From Kudoa neothunni (taxonomy: Eukaryota > Animalia > Cnidaria), in assembly GCA_964304625.1 (NCBI GenBank), contig OZ199838.1, positions 16,971,469 to 17,035,468 of the forward strand: DNA of 64,000 nucleotides, given 5' to 3'. Of this stretch, positions 13,676 to 25,854 are shown in pieces. The position numbers and the translations under genes were made by a program. The first letter of the stretch is position 1; the number at the start of each line of letters is the position of its first letter. Below the pieces are notes generated by a model that saw only the letters and a program-made list of their open reading frames with translations, searched no databases and was not told the DNA's origin.

Positions 13676-15304
13676 GTAGCGCGTTAGTATCAAATGTTTG
13701 AATTTTTGTAGTCTACCAATATTATATAAATTATTTAAATCAAATGGCATAAGAATCGGGAATTCATGAGTGCACGAACACGTTAAAATTTTAGAATGGG
13801 ATTTTCCATCATTATCATCCACTTTTATATGAATTGTTAATAAGATGCTAAATACATTGTAGAAATATTTAATACGAATCAATAGATGATTGTTACTGTA
13901 ACAAATGGATTACAATCGTTATAATCCGCATGCTACGGACACTGTCATGACTATTCATAAAGATTATTCAGGTACTAATAATATTAGATAATGTCGATCA
14001 TAGATGTGGTTATCAATCCCCGAATGATTCATTACATTCTCTTACCTATAATTCATGAAATAAACAACATTCATTAAGTGAATTGTGTTTTGGTGAATTT
14101 ATATATATTGACCATGATAGCTAATAGTTTTATGAGGTCTATTAAGGCCACCTGAATGATAGCGCAAAATTGGTGACTCGATTTTATTTATATTATTGTC
14201 TCCTCTTGAATACAATAGTATACATAGATATATAATATAATTGAAAAACAGAATTTAAGTCAAAAAACCATTAGTTTTATTAAAATTATTTGTCATTTTT
14301 ATCCAAGAGAGATTTGTTGAAAGAATTAAAATGTATATTTCTCTAACATTGCAAACATGATCTATCATTTTTTGTCAACATTGAATGAGGTTTTGTTCCC
14401 TACAATAAATGAATGAGGCATTTTAAGAAAGTGATTTTTAGAATAATTTTAACAATTTCTGGATGTCGTTAAAATTGAATATAATGGACATTAACGCTTT
14501 ATAATGACGGATTATATACCTATTAGGGGGTTAATCCTGATGTATTTTATTATTTTATCGATTTATGAAACACTTATAGTATTTTGTTTAATTGTGTTAG
14601 TCGATGAGCATATTTAATACGTTTTTTATACATTTGCCAACGAAAAATCACGTGATTGATATAATGGGAATTTCTTAACAGTTTTACATTCTTTTTTTTC
14701 GTTAAAAAAATATAATATTTTTGATTTAATTACAAAATCATAATTATTTTTCGAATAAGTAATTTTATCACATTGATATTATTTATTTTATTGATGGGCA
14801 TTCATTTGCACGTCGGACATGCGAAAAATCGGTCATTAACTTCATTCATAAATAGATACATCGAATTTTTTATAAGTAAAAATTAAAACTATTAAAAAAA
14901 GTAAAAAATTTGTTGAAACGATTAAATTATAATATAACAAGTTAAGAAATTTTTAACCTAATTTTAACAAAAATCGAGTCTATTTTGATGTATTTTTCAA
15001 TTTAACAGCCAATATGTATAAAAATATACATTTAATAAATCGATTTATATAGGTTTTTATTACTTTTAGAAGTATTGCTCCACAAATAATTGTGTACTAT
15101 TGGATATTTATTCATTTTAAACAGTGGAAATACAATTGAGATTCATGCCATACATTTGTTATAATTATAATTCAATTAATTGATATAATCCATATACACT
15201 GATTATATCGAAGTTGGGATGAGATTAGTAATTATCGTTATCTTTGTTATAATAACCTATTTTGACACAAGTATAAGAACAAATTGGCAGTAGTCATGGT
15301 TTTG

Positions 15305-18300
15305 ATGAAAAATATCTCAAGATATTTGTTTGGTAACGTTAGTTGTTCATTTTCCTTCAATGATTGTTTTTCCTAGTTTTTGTAATCTTAATTACAATAA
15401 AAGATATTCCTGGTGCTCACCTAGCACATAGCATATGCGATCAATATGACGAAAGGAGGACAAATTATTTACAAACACACAAGGAACTTTCTGATCTAAA
15501 TACAAATTATGCGACAACAATAGAAATAGCTGAACCATTGATACAAAATTTAGAATCTAACAGCGCAGAATATCCTCGCGAGAAAATCGACTCAATGTTA
15601 AGTTTGAAATATGCCAATATTAAATTGGGAATATATCCAATATACGAGATAGATCCATTTGAACAACTGGGTATAAATTTGTTGACAACCGGACGTCCCA
15701 CGTTCCTCAAGATTCAAAGGGCTGGTATATGCTATTCAAGTTTATTGAGCGCAAAAAGCTTTATGTTTTTGTTAAAATCCGCAAATAAGGAAACTAATGA
15801 TTTCTTAAAGTCAACAAACGAAACTCATATAAATGTATTGAAAAATGATAAAAGCAAATGTAATGCAGCAACTACCAGAGACGAATTTTCAAAATATGTC
15901 ACATATATGGATGATAACAAATCTAAAATCGCCAAGCATTTTGAAGAGCTAAAAAAATATAAAACGAAACTGTACAGTTGCAATTATGATCCTTTGGAAA
16001 AGATTATAAACCTAAAACCGATCAAAGATAGTTTTATTGATCCTTTCTATCAAGCCATGTTTAAGGAAATGATACCTTATTTTAAAGGACTCAAAGCCAA
16101 ACTGGAAAATATTGTGAACACTTTCGATGCGTACAAACAATATGTAAAAAATTTTGATAGTCATGAAAATACAATAAAAAACATGAAATTTTCTGATTAT
16201 CATGTTAACAAAAACGACGTAGAAGCACAAACTCTGCTTAGAAATACAGAAGCTTTGTTCAGCTCCACTAATGGGTATTTGTCTTCGGAACTACGGAGTA
16301 CATTGGCGACAAAAATCAGCGATTTACGTCGACAATTGGCTTTAGCTGAAACGCAGAATAATTCGATTGTTACATATGAGGAAAAAATAAAAAGAATTAC
16401 TAACAACATAATTGAGTTGAAAAAAATTATTCCAAGCGTTATTCAAGAATTAGAACCGGTAAAAAAACAAGCGGCAGAATTCATACCTAGAATTGATAAA
16501 CAGCAATCAACCATGGACATCAAAGACTATGTTTTTGAACGCAAAGAGTTGGACTCGGAGATATACGACTTTTTACAGGTTAATGAAAAATTGCTTACTG
16601 AGTGTTTAGTAGTGAAAAATGAAAAGATCGATAGATTGATCTCGGAGATCAGCAGCAGTATGTCAGAACTCGAATCAATCGATACTCATCAGTTGTCTAC
16701 AACACAGGGGAGTTATGCTTCAAAATATGAACAAATTAAATCCGTCGTTGACAAATTAAGTAAGACTGATATTCCTGCTTATGAGGAAAAATTGAAAAAA
16801 GAACATATGGACCAACTTGACGTTGAAAATCAATTTATTAAATTAACGCAAATGGGCGAGAAGAAACAGAGCTTGTTGGCCACCCTGACTTCTAAAGAAG
16901 CTAGCCTCGATGCTGATTTACTCACCACACTAACTAGGGATTTAACTACCGCTAGTGACAAATTAAACAAAGTAACGGTCAATAATAACAACTTCCAAAG
17001 ACTTCTAACATCACAAAAATCTATGCTGCTTTCGCCCAATGGAGAGAAACTGCACAAAATTTTCTCGACCCATGTCGATAAATCCATGGATGAAATCAAC
17101 TCAACACTTGCTAAGATTATTGAATTGCAAGCAAAAATCAATAATATTAAAGAAAATATTGACACCAACCGCAATGGTTTAAATCAGTTTGATCAAATAA
17201 AACTAAAAATTAGCAGTGATCATGCAGCAATTCAAAGTGCCAAAACAGAACTATCAAAGCATCTTGGTAAACGATACAAAGAATTTAAATCTTTGTTTGA
17301 TAGAAATACCAATACTGTAAATTTGAACATTGCCGATGAAATTTCAGAGGTTAATACATCAATTGATGGTTACAAAAATGCTGTTGACTCCATAGAAAAG
17401 AGTATTGATGAAATTAATGGCGAATTAAACGATTTAAGGTCTGCAGTTAATATCGCTGTAAAAAAAACTAGCAATATTGAAAGCACACATTCAGGTATGG
17501 TTGAATCCCTCACTCTTGGTTTGAAAACAGTCAAAAGCTTGGATGATGCTAAATATACACAATTGAAAAAGAAACTTAGTGAAAAATTAGACGAATATAA
17601 GAAAGAATTTAAACAACAAAATGATAACCAAACTAATGAAAAAAGTCACTATTCAACATCGGTCACTAATGCTGAAAATTTGATTAAGAGAATCCAAGAC
17701 ATTAATGAGAATAAGCAGTTGAAAGAGCTTATCGAGGATGAATTGTCAGTGGAAAATAACCTCGGCAGCATAAAACAGTTAATCGACGCACATGGACAAT
17801 TGGTTTCAACTGGTGAATCTAATCTGTATAAGCTTGAAAATGATTATATTAAACATTCGACCAGTTATGATGAAGAAAAAAAGACTTATGATAAAAATTA
17901 TAAAGCTATTCAAGATCTTCTAAATGCTTATGATAAATATGAAAACGACGATTCGCACTTCTTAAACGATTCATTGGTCAACGACTTATTGAATGTTAAA
18001 TCAGAACTGGAACAAAAATATAAACAATCTGAATCATCAACTGATTCAATGAACCACCACTTGGCTGATTTAAATAATATAGACAACACATTGGATAAAA
18101 ACACTAGTCAACAAATTCAAAGTGTTAAAGACGAAATGCGACGTGTTAATGGATTAAAAGAATCCATTAGAAATTATTTTTCAAGGCTTCAGTCACTAAA
18201 ACAAATTGTCGATAAAATTAACGAGGCAAAAGTAAAGCTTGGGGAAAAGAGAGAATTACTTGTTAGTTTCCAAGGATCATTGGAATCACAAAATACCCAA

Positions 18301-19185
18301 AACGAACAAATTATTTCTTCCAATGAACAAAAAATTAAAACATCTTTTGAAACAGAAAATGAATCTCTTAAGGCTGCAAAAGTTGAAATCGAAAAAACAT
18401 TCGTTAAATACGATGAGCTTCACAAAGAATTGAAAAATAAAGCAGATAAGGAAGGAACTGATGTTAACTCTCATTTGGATGAAGAGTATATAAACCTTGT
18501 AGCGAAGAAAAATGAAATTGATCGTAATATTGAAACACAACGTGAATCTATTAAAAACACTCTATCCGAAGGAATAAGACATTGTGGAATAGAGAAAACA
18601 CGACTCGAAAAAGACTATTCTAGCCAAAATACTCAGTTAAAAACATTGTTACAAAATATTGATAGCCTTCTCAACGATTATGTGTCAACTGACATTGAAA
18701 GTAATGGAATGGCTGAATTAAATGATAGATACACCTCACTTATTAAAAATGTCGATAATTTACTTGATAATCGCAAAGATCTTACAATAACTGAATTCAA
18801 CGAGGAAATCAAAGCTAATATCCACATGATGCTTCAATATTTGAAACTAACATTGCAACTGCCATCGAAAATGACAAAAAATTTTTCGCTGATTTAAAGA
18901 ATAATGAATCGGCAAAAAACGTCGAAGTCATAGCTGATAATAATGAAGACGCTGTACAAGAAACTTTAGTTTCCCCCCAAAATGATATAACTGATGACCA
19001 ACAATACAGCGCAGTTAAGGGAGAATCAAAAAATATCGTCTCAACGGATTTTTTTCAAATATATAATGGCAGGTGCTGCTATAGCAACTATTTGCTTGGC
19101 AGTTGGAGGTGCAATACTAAAGTACAGAAGTCTCAAAAAGAGAGAAATTTACAACAAATGTGAAAATATATACATTAAAGCCTAA
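15305..19185 (+). CDS. Large type I membrane surface protein, paralogue A (~1278 aa if two 1-nt indels are corrected): signal peptide, Cys head, coiled-coil stalk, TM, Tyr tail
   Basis: Exon 15305-15332 plus intron 15333-15376 gives MKNISRYLFVFVILITIK (alternative in-frame ATG at 15296). Colinear with paralogue B. A -1 shift at ~18822 and a +1 shift at ~19049-19055 separate the TM/tail from the main ORF. Confidence 0.88.
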
Positions 19186-20812
19186 GAAGGTGCCATATTA
19201 AATTATAATTATATAAGCTCTATATTTAGATTACGTTAGTGTTACATTAGTATAGTATTTCACTAATAGATGATTGTTTGTTTTCTTTTTTGCGTTATAA
19301 ATGATGTTTTCTATAAAAATTACAGTGAGTTTTCTTTGGGTGAAAATACTTAATATAATAATTTTAAATCAATGATATTAATACAAGTATTATAGATTAG
19401 TTTGCTCGAAGCTAAGTTTGTATGTATCTTGGCCGTATTCGACGAGAAAAATTTCAAAAAAATAAGTATACTTCACCCTCTCTGCACCAACTTAAAAAAT
19501 ACGCGTATGCGTAATTGAAGTGCAGTTGGTGACCACTAATTAGTAATCCTCTCGGGGCTTGGAAAATTACGAATTACACATCAGTGACGCCTAATTCTCA
19601 ATATCTTTGTGCGCGCACATGATAAAATAAAATGAAAACCTGGCTTATATTGATTGATTAATCGATTAAAGAATATTCATATTTAAGATCAAAACTAAAA
19701 AACAATAAAACCCTCTTTTGGCGCGCCAAAAATAATTGCCATAATGGAAATAATATTATTGAGAACTTTTGGGTTTCATCTGATGTATGTAAAACAATTT
19801 ATTCGAAACAAAAATAATCATGTTTTGGAATCACTTACGAGGCGTTAATGGATAGAACTGCGCGGTATTATCGGACACTATATATCAATATATTTTATCC
19901 CCCTTATGATTTCCAAGAATTTAAAGATGTTGAGTGTTCTAATCTGTAATGATTCCTATGGGTACCGTGCTATCTTCGACATGGAAACTGATTTTTTTAA
20001 GTTGAATCTATTTTTAAAGCCATGAAACTATCCATAGCTAACATTTTTGAAATCATTTTCAGAAGAATCAATCTCATTTCTTTTGTTTATTATTTCGATG
20101 GACGATAATTCGATACTTTTTAACCTCATCCAAACGAACCACACATACACACGTTGATTAGAGTCTTCGTCTTTTCCTTTCCGCATTGATCTTCGTTTAG
20201 CTAGAAGCAATTGACTTTCTTCAAATTCCTGTTTAATTTGAGACTTTTATCTAAAATGCCATTTAAAGTTGAAATATAACCTATTTTGAAGCGTTTAAAA
20301 CGGTTTCCGTCTTTACATTTAAGAGCGGTAAACTATCATAATATGTAATTATATCACATTTCTCTTGAAGCATTATGAATTTGTTAATTCTTTTTCGGAC
20401 ATTTAGAAATAATTACGAATTATCGGTTATTACACAAGTTTAAAACTTTTTATTTCACAAAATAAAAAAACTACCCTTATATTTAATTAAGAACTCATAA
20501 TACATGTTATTTGATAAATTTATCTGGGTGGATAAAGTTTAAGGAAAGTTACGAATTAACAGTCACCTACTGTACCTGCGTACCCCCAATAAAATATGCG
20601 GTAAACTTGTTCAAAATATATCCAACTCATGAATTTAAAAAAAAGAAATACAATAACGTTAACTTATGGAATTGTTTAGAAGAGACCAACTTTTGGTCTA
20701 CAAATGAACAAATTTATTCATTTTTCAAGTCATGACTATAACACCGAAATATGTGCATCCAATTAAATAATATCTAGTGACACAAATGATATATGTCAAA
20801 TAAAACTATCAG

Positions 20813-22222
20813 TGTGGTGTACATAATCTCTTCTTATAACAATGTTAATTATATCATCTCGTTCCAGCTCCAATTTACTGCACTTAATTTTTTTCCTAGC
20901 AACCGACCAATGTGATTCATAAATCATCGTAAATGATTCTTCCCAATATCCACCAAATAGAAATACTTATTCCATAACATCCATTTCATAACCATATCCT
21001 ACAAAAAGATGGTAAACGAATAATACTTCCAAACGCCACCCTTTCCCCTACACCAGGGGTCTCTAAATTTTCTTTTGTCTACCTCCCCTGTGTAGGTAAT
21101 TTACTTAGTCGTTGACCCCTCTCAGAGATTTTATTAAAATATTAGAGTATATTCATTTTGTTTGACTAGAACAATTAAAAATATGTGCAATATATCCCCT
21201 TAATTAATAATCTATTTCCAATACATAATGCAATGCCAAATTATATTAACCCCCAGACAAACTTTTTTTAACGATGTAACATCAAAGTATAATAGAAAAT
21301 TCTTTAAATTTGTAGATTTACGCAGATATTTGTAATCAAGTAATGGCAAAAAAACAATTACATTCGAAAATTTACCACAATGAACGTATTTTTCATCATA
21401 AATCATATTCAATTGACTTGCCATGTTAAGTCGCTTGTATATGGTTATAGTTACATACTTTTGCACTTATATTAATACATCGGCAGATTTTAAGATTAAA
21501 TTACACATATACAGAAAAGTTAATAAGAATATCCTAATCTTTAGCCACAGATTATGTTCCTTAGCTTGAGGGCGCTTGAAGAATTTTTGAAGTGTCCGCT
21601 GGGGTTCAAGCGATACTTTCAAACTATTATATCTATTTTCGTAGCTTTTGTAATTATGGTTCAAATCAATCTTAAAAATTAGACTTATCCTTCTTAGTCG
21701 ATTATAAATTTAATATAAACTATCGTTATTGTTTTATAAATTGTTAATAACAATGAGTACTTTTGATCATTAATATTTACGAAAAATAAAGCCAGTGTAT
21801 TCACTAGTTCTTATGAGCTACAAAGTATCTCTACATAAATGAAAAAAAATTGACTTGCATAACTAGGAAAGGTGATGTTGGATTTTAACTTAAAAATAAA
21901 AAACAAATGTCATGGGGTAGTATCAATTAATATAATTAAATAATGTAGTATGGAGTTAAAGATGGGAAGCATTACCTTAAAAGCCTATAAAATTCAGTAG
22001 AATCTCTATAACACGTATCGACCATAGCGTAATTTTCGACCACTGTCCTAAACATCAAACAGTACCTATTGCACGAGTTCACGCCACAATGCAGGTTGCG
22101 CCAATACAAAAATGTAGTTTTTAAACACTGTTGGAATTTATCATCAACCTAATCACTTTTATTGTTTTACTTTCAAACTGTTTTCGTTTACTGGTCCTAA
22201 CATTCCAAACATAGTTACAACA
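20813..22222. mobile_element. Solo LTR interrupted by ~1 kb of inserted sequence (~21040-22065)
   Basis: TGT...GTTACAACA ends, near-TSD ATCAG/ATCAA. Its two halves align with the contiguous copy at 53231-53613. Confidence 0.75.
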
Positions 22223-23652
22223 ATCAATCACGCCATAATATCCAAGGTTACTGATAAGTAATAGTAACCACGGCATATCCATCACCATCTAATGGAAGAT
22301 TTTCGGTCAGCCTCAACCTGCATCCATATAAGCAGAAGTCAGGATGTCATAAGGTTCAATAAAATTTACCCCCGTCCGACCCTAGATAATCTGTTTAGAA
22401 ACAACCTAGTTTGCGCAGTATTTTTAAAATACCCTCGTACATCTAATTTGGTTCAACAACTATTATAATGATTAGAGGGATTGAAATCTCTGAGAAAATC
22501 TAACTCCTCAAAATGGTATGGTTTTAACCCTTTCACGCCGAATGTTGCCATATGGCAACATCGGATTGTTTTTATAATTTCTCAATGAGTATTATATTTA
22601 ACAACTAAAGCATTCAAAAAAAGTTAAATTAATCTTTATTCTTTTATCAAACGCTAAATTAGATAATTTTTAAAATTTCTTAGTTAGTAAAAATACGTCA
22701 TAAATTGAAATTTTTCAAACAATTTTATTTTTGTTTTTAAGATGCCAATAGGGCTGGGTGTGAAGGATATGTTCGATGCCTTATAGTAACAGATTTAGCA
22801 TCTTTATGGGAGATTCTGTTGAGTCGATTAAATTTTCATTTAATATTCCTATCATTTGATTTAATTTTATCGAACGTTAACAAAAATCCATCTTTTATCA
22901 AAAACGTTCCGAAAAGTGCGTGTAACCGACCAATCACATAATTATCAATCTGGAAATTTCTCAAAATTAGTATATTGTTTAGATCCAAATTCTTTAATAC
23001 AAATCTTTAAAGAATATTATATATCGAATGTACATTTGATTATTCAAAATGTGTTGATTTTTAAGAAGGGCGTAAAATCGTATGTGTGTAAAACGTGTAC
23101 AACCGGTAATTGACTGTAGAAGTAATTTTTTAAAAATTGTTGGTTAACAATAAAAAATCCAAGATCCATGACCCTAATTCTTTGATTTTGGTACTATGAT
23201 TCAAACTCTTTTTAATAGATTTACACAAAGCTGCTATGATCCTTTTCAGGTATTCGAGGGTTGATGTATACGGGGATTGGCAAAAAATATGAGTTTATCA
23301 AGGGATACGAAATTTCAAAAAGGTTGAAAACCACTGGTCTAGGTCTAGTGTCTAATGTGACATTTTAAGTTGTTGAAACGTAAACAGCAGGTTGATAGGG
23401 TTAATAGAAGATCGACAAACAACATAAAATTTTCAAGTTAATAGGGAAAGATTTAAAGTACGTATTGTTATTAAGTATCAAATAAGATGGACGTTGCTTG
23501 CGATAAACATATACATTTCCCGACTATAAAGATCGGATGGGTTCAAGGGTATGGTGTAGCCTATAAAAAACCGATTCATTTGTAAAAATAAACTTATTGA
23601 GCAGAGTAATGAATAAATTTTGAAGTTTGATGCTGATACTATCAATGACTAA

Positions 23653-25516
23653 ATGAGATTCCATGTATGTAAGGAATAAGAGCCATTGTTTTTATATAGC
23701 AAAAGGGTGTTTATTTTATCGAAAAGTATCAAACTTACATCAATTCTTATTTCTTAGGTGTAAGAATTAATCTTAAGGTTTAAAATGAGGTTGTGATGAT
23801 TCTGGTTGCTATTTTTCGACCCAATTTAATAACGCCAACGATGTTGTTATATAGAAACGTACTTATAATTAAAAATATATTTATTTTAGATTGGAGTTGC
23901 TGTGTTATTCAAGCCATTATCCACAGAAATTACCCTATATTCCCTTCAATTTGATAAAAAAAAACGATTGATGTATTCATCCGTTGTAAAGCAGACTAAA
24001 AGTTCCGATAAAATTAAAAGTTAAGAATATCTCATGATAAAAAATATTTAGCTATTGAAAACAAATTGTATTTGAAGAAAATTAGCGTTTTTATCAATAA
24101 ATGTATTACGCTGGCGATAAAATCTGATCATTTCAAGGATGTCAACAAAGAGGATATATTTATATTTTTTGTGCTTACTGACAATACTAAAATGATACTG
24201 TAGTTAATATTGATTTTTTTTACTGAATTATTATAGAAATATTGATGAACAAAAGATGGATCTATTAAAACAATCAATAGATATAGAATTGAAAGACTTC
24301 AAACAGTTGCGTCCTCACCCTCATCTTCTAGTGATGGATGAAAATCAGTTGAATATGGCGTTGTATTTTCACTCCCATTACCAATATAAGGAACAGGTTT
24401 AATTTTTGACGCTGGTTTGTTTTCTTGTCAGATCTAATAGGAAAACTTGGGGATTGTTGAAATGGGATTCACCACATTGAGAATAATGTACCCCCTGGAA
24501 AAATTGGATGAGTCTCTTAAACAGTGCTACTTTATGAATAAATACAACTCCACATTTGAAACTGCGGCCTATCCAATTTCAAAAATGTTTTCTGTTGCCT
24601 TCTCCTGCACAGGTTACAGAACAATTTACAACATGCTATCAATGTTAATAATTCAAGTGAGATTGCAATGAGTGAAAGTTATTGGGTGCACTTAATAGGA
24701 TAAAAAATATTTTATTCATATTAATTCTAACGATTCAAAAATCAGCGAATTATTTACTTCACATTATATTCATTAGAGTGGAAATTATTTAAACGCTGAT
24801 TCCAACGAGTTGCTGAATCCTTGTATTCCCGAGGGGTCGTCGTATTTCCTGAACGTGAACGAAATTCTTAACATTTGCATTAAACCTACTCACGTTGCAA
24901 CTTATTCTTCAAATTACAAGTTTTTGGGAAAGTTCGATCAAGAAGCTTGCATGAAACTACTAGATTCTGTGCATTCAACAATCCATTCTAGGGTGAAACC
25001 AGAATTCATGTTAATGGTGAATCAGATAAAGTGTGACATTATTTTTGAGCCAGAATTATCATTTTTGGTATTTTGTTTCTAATAAGTTTTTAACAATAAA
25101 ACAAATTTTTAAGTTTTTGGGATTTTTTGAATACCTGGATCAATTTGGATGGAAACACGGGGATGATATTGAGTTACTCATTAAAAATCATTGCACCGAA
25201 CCTTATCCAAGTAACGCCAACGTAAGTGAAGTTAATATCGTATATCTTATAAATAGAAATAAATCGTAGATGAAATTAATAATTAACGATTGTTTCAATC
25301 TGTTAGTTCTTCGACACACGCTGAAAATTTTACTCAAAACTGACCCTCAAAACATCATCATACCAGTACTTATTGTTGACTAATTTTTAGGTTTTTTCTT
25401 AAAATCAGATTTAATTCATTATCTATGCCTATTAGGACACTCTGATCAATATGCAAATGGGCTTAGGTTATTTTGATCCACGCATAAAGGAAGCAGACGC
25501 CAAATATTTCAAATGA
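23653..25516 (+). CDS. GDA1/CD39-family NTPDase (apyrase) homologue, predicted catalytically inactive, 456 aa, 11 exons
   Basis: Exons 23653-23664, 23700-23759, 23790-23858, 23890-24019, 24052-24199, 24237-24396, 24441-24656, 24777-25067, 25114-25221, 25270-25365, 25436-25516. All introns GT-AG; total 1371 nt with no internal stop. CD39-like segments in order: ENLGIVEMG, FSVAFSCTG, LNPCIPEG, GKFDQEAC, KNHCTEPY, DCF, LGYF. The first two exons are less certain. Confidence 0.85.
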
Positions 25517-25854
25517 ATTAAAATCTTGCTCATCCTATTCCCCACATTGATTCTTACATTATACACCGCTATCTTCCTGGCTATTTTATGTGTTGAGAAC
25601 AAAAGTTAATGAATACATTTATAGAAGTCATAATTTTTCCATTAAATCTATAACATGAAATTTGTGTGATAAATTTTTGAAGGCTTACTTCTATATTGAA
25701 GATTAAAATGTGGGGCAATGATGACTTTTTAAGTTATTTACCAAGCTACTAGGTAATATAATTCCTAATTATTTTGAAATTGAATAATAATATTTTTAAT
25801 GATTAGACTATTTATCCAACAAATAAATATTAGTAATACTTGTTTTGTTGATTA

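Noticed and set aside
10846-13882. Two short ORFs sharing GNGKVCDSRKTPSSARF
   Set aside because: They read through the two Merlin TIRs and are not genes.
15364-15366. TTG (15364) and GTG (47816) starts given in the ORF track
   Set aside because: Upstream ATG exons with phase-1 GT-AG introns give better signal peptides in both paralogues.
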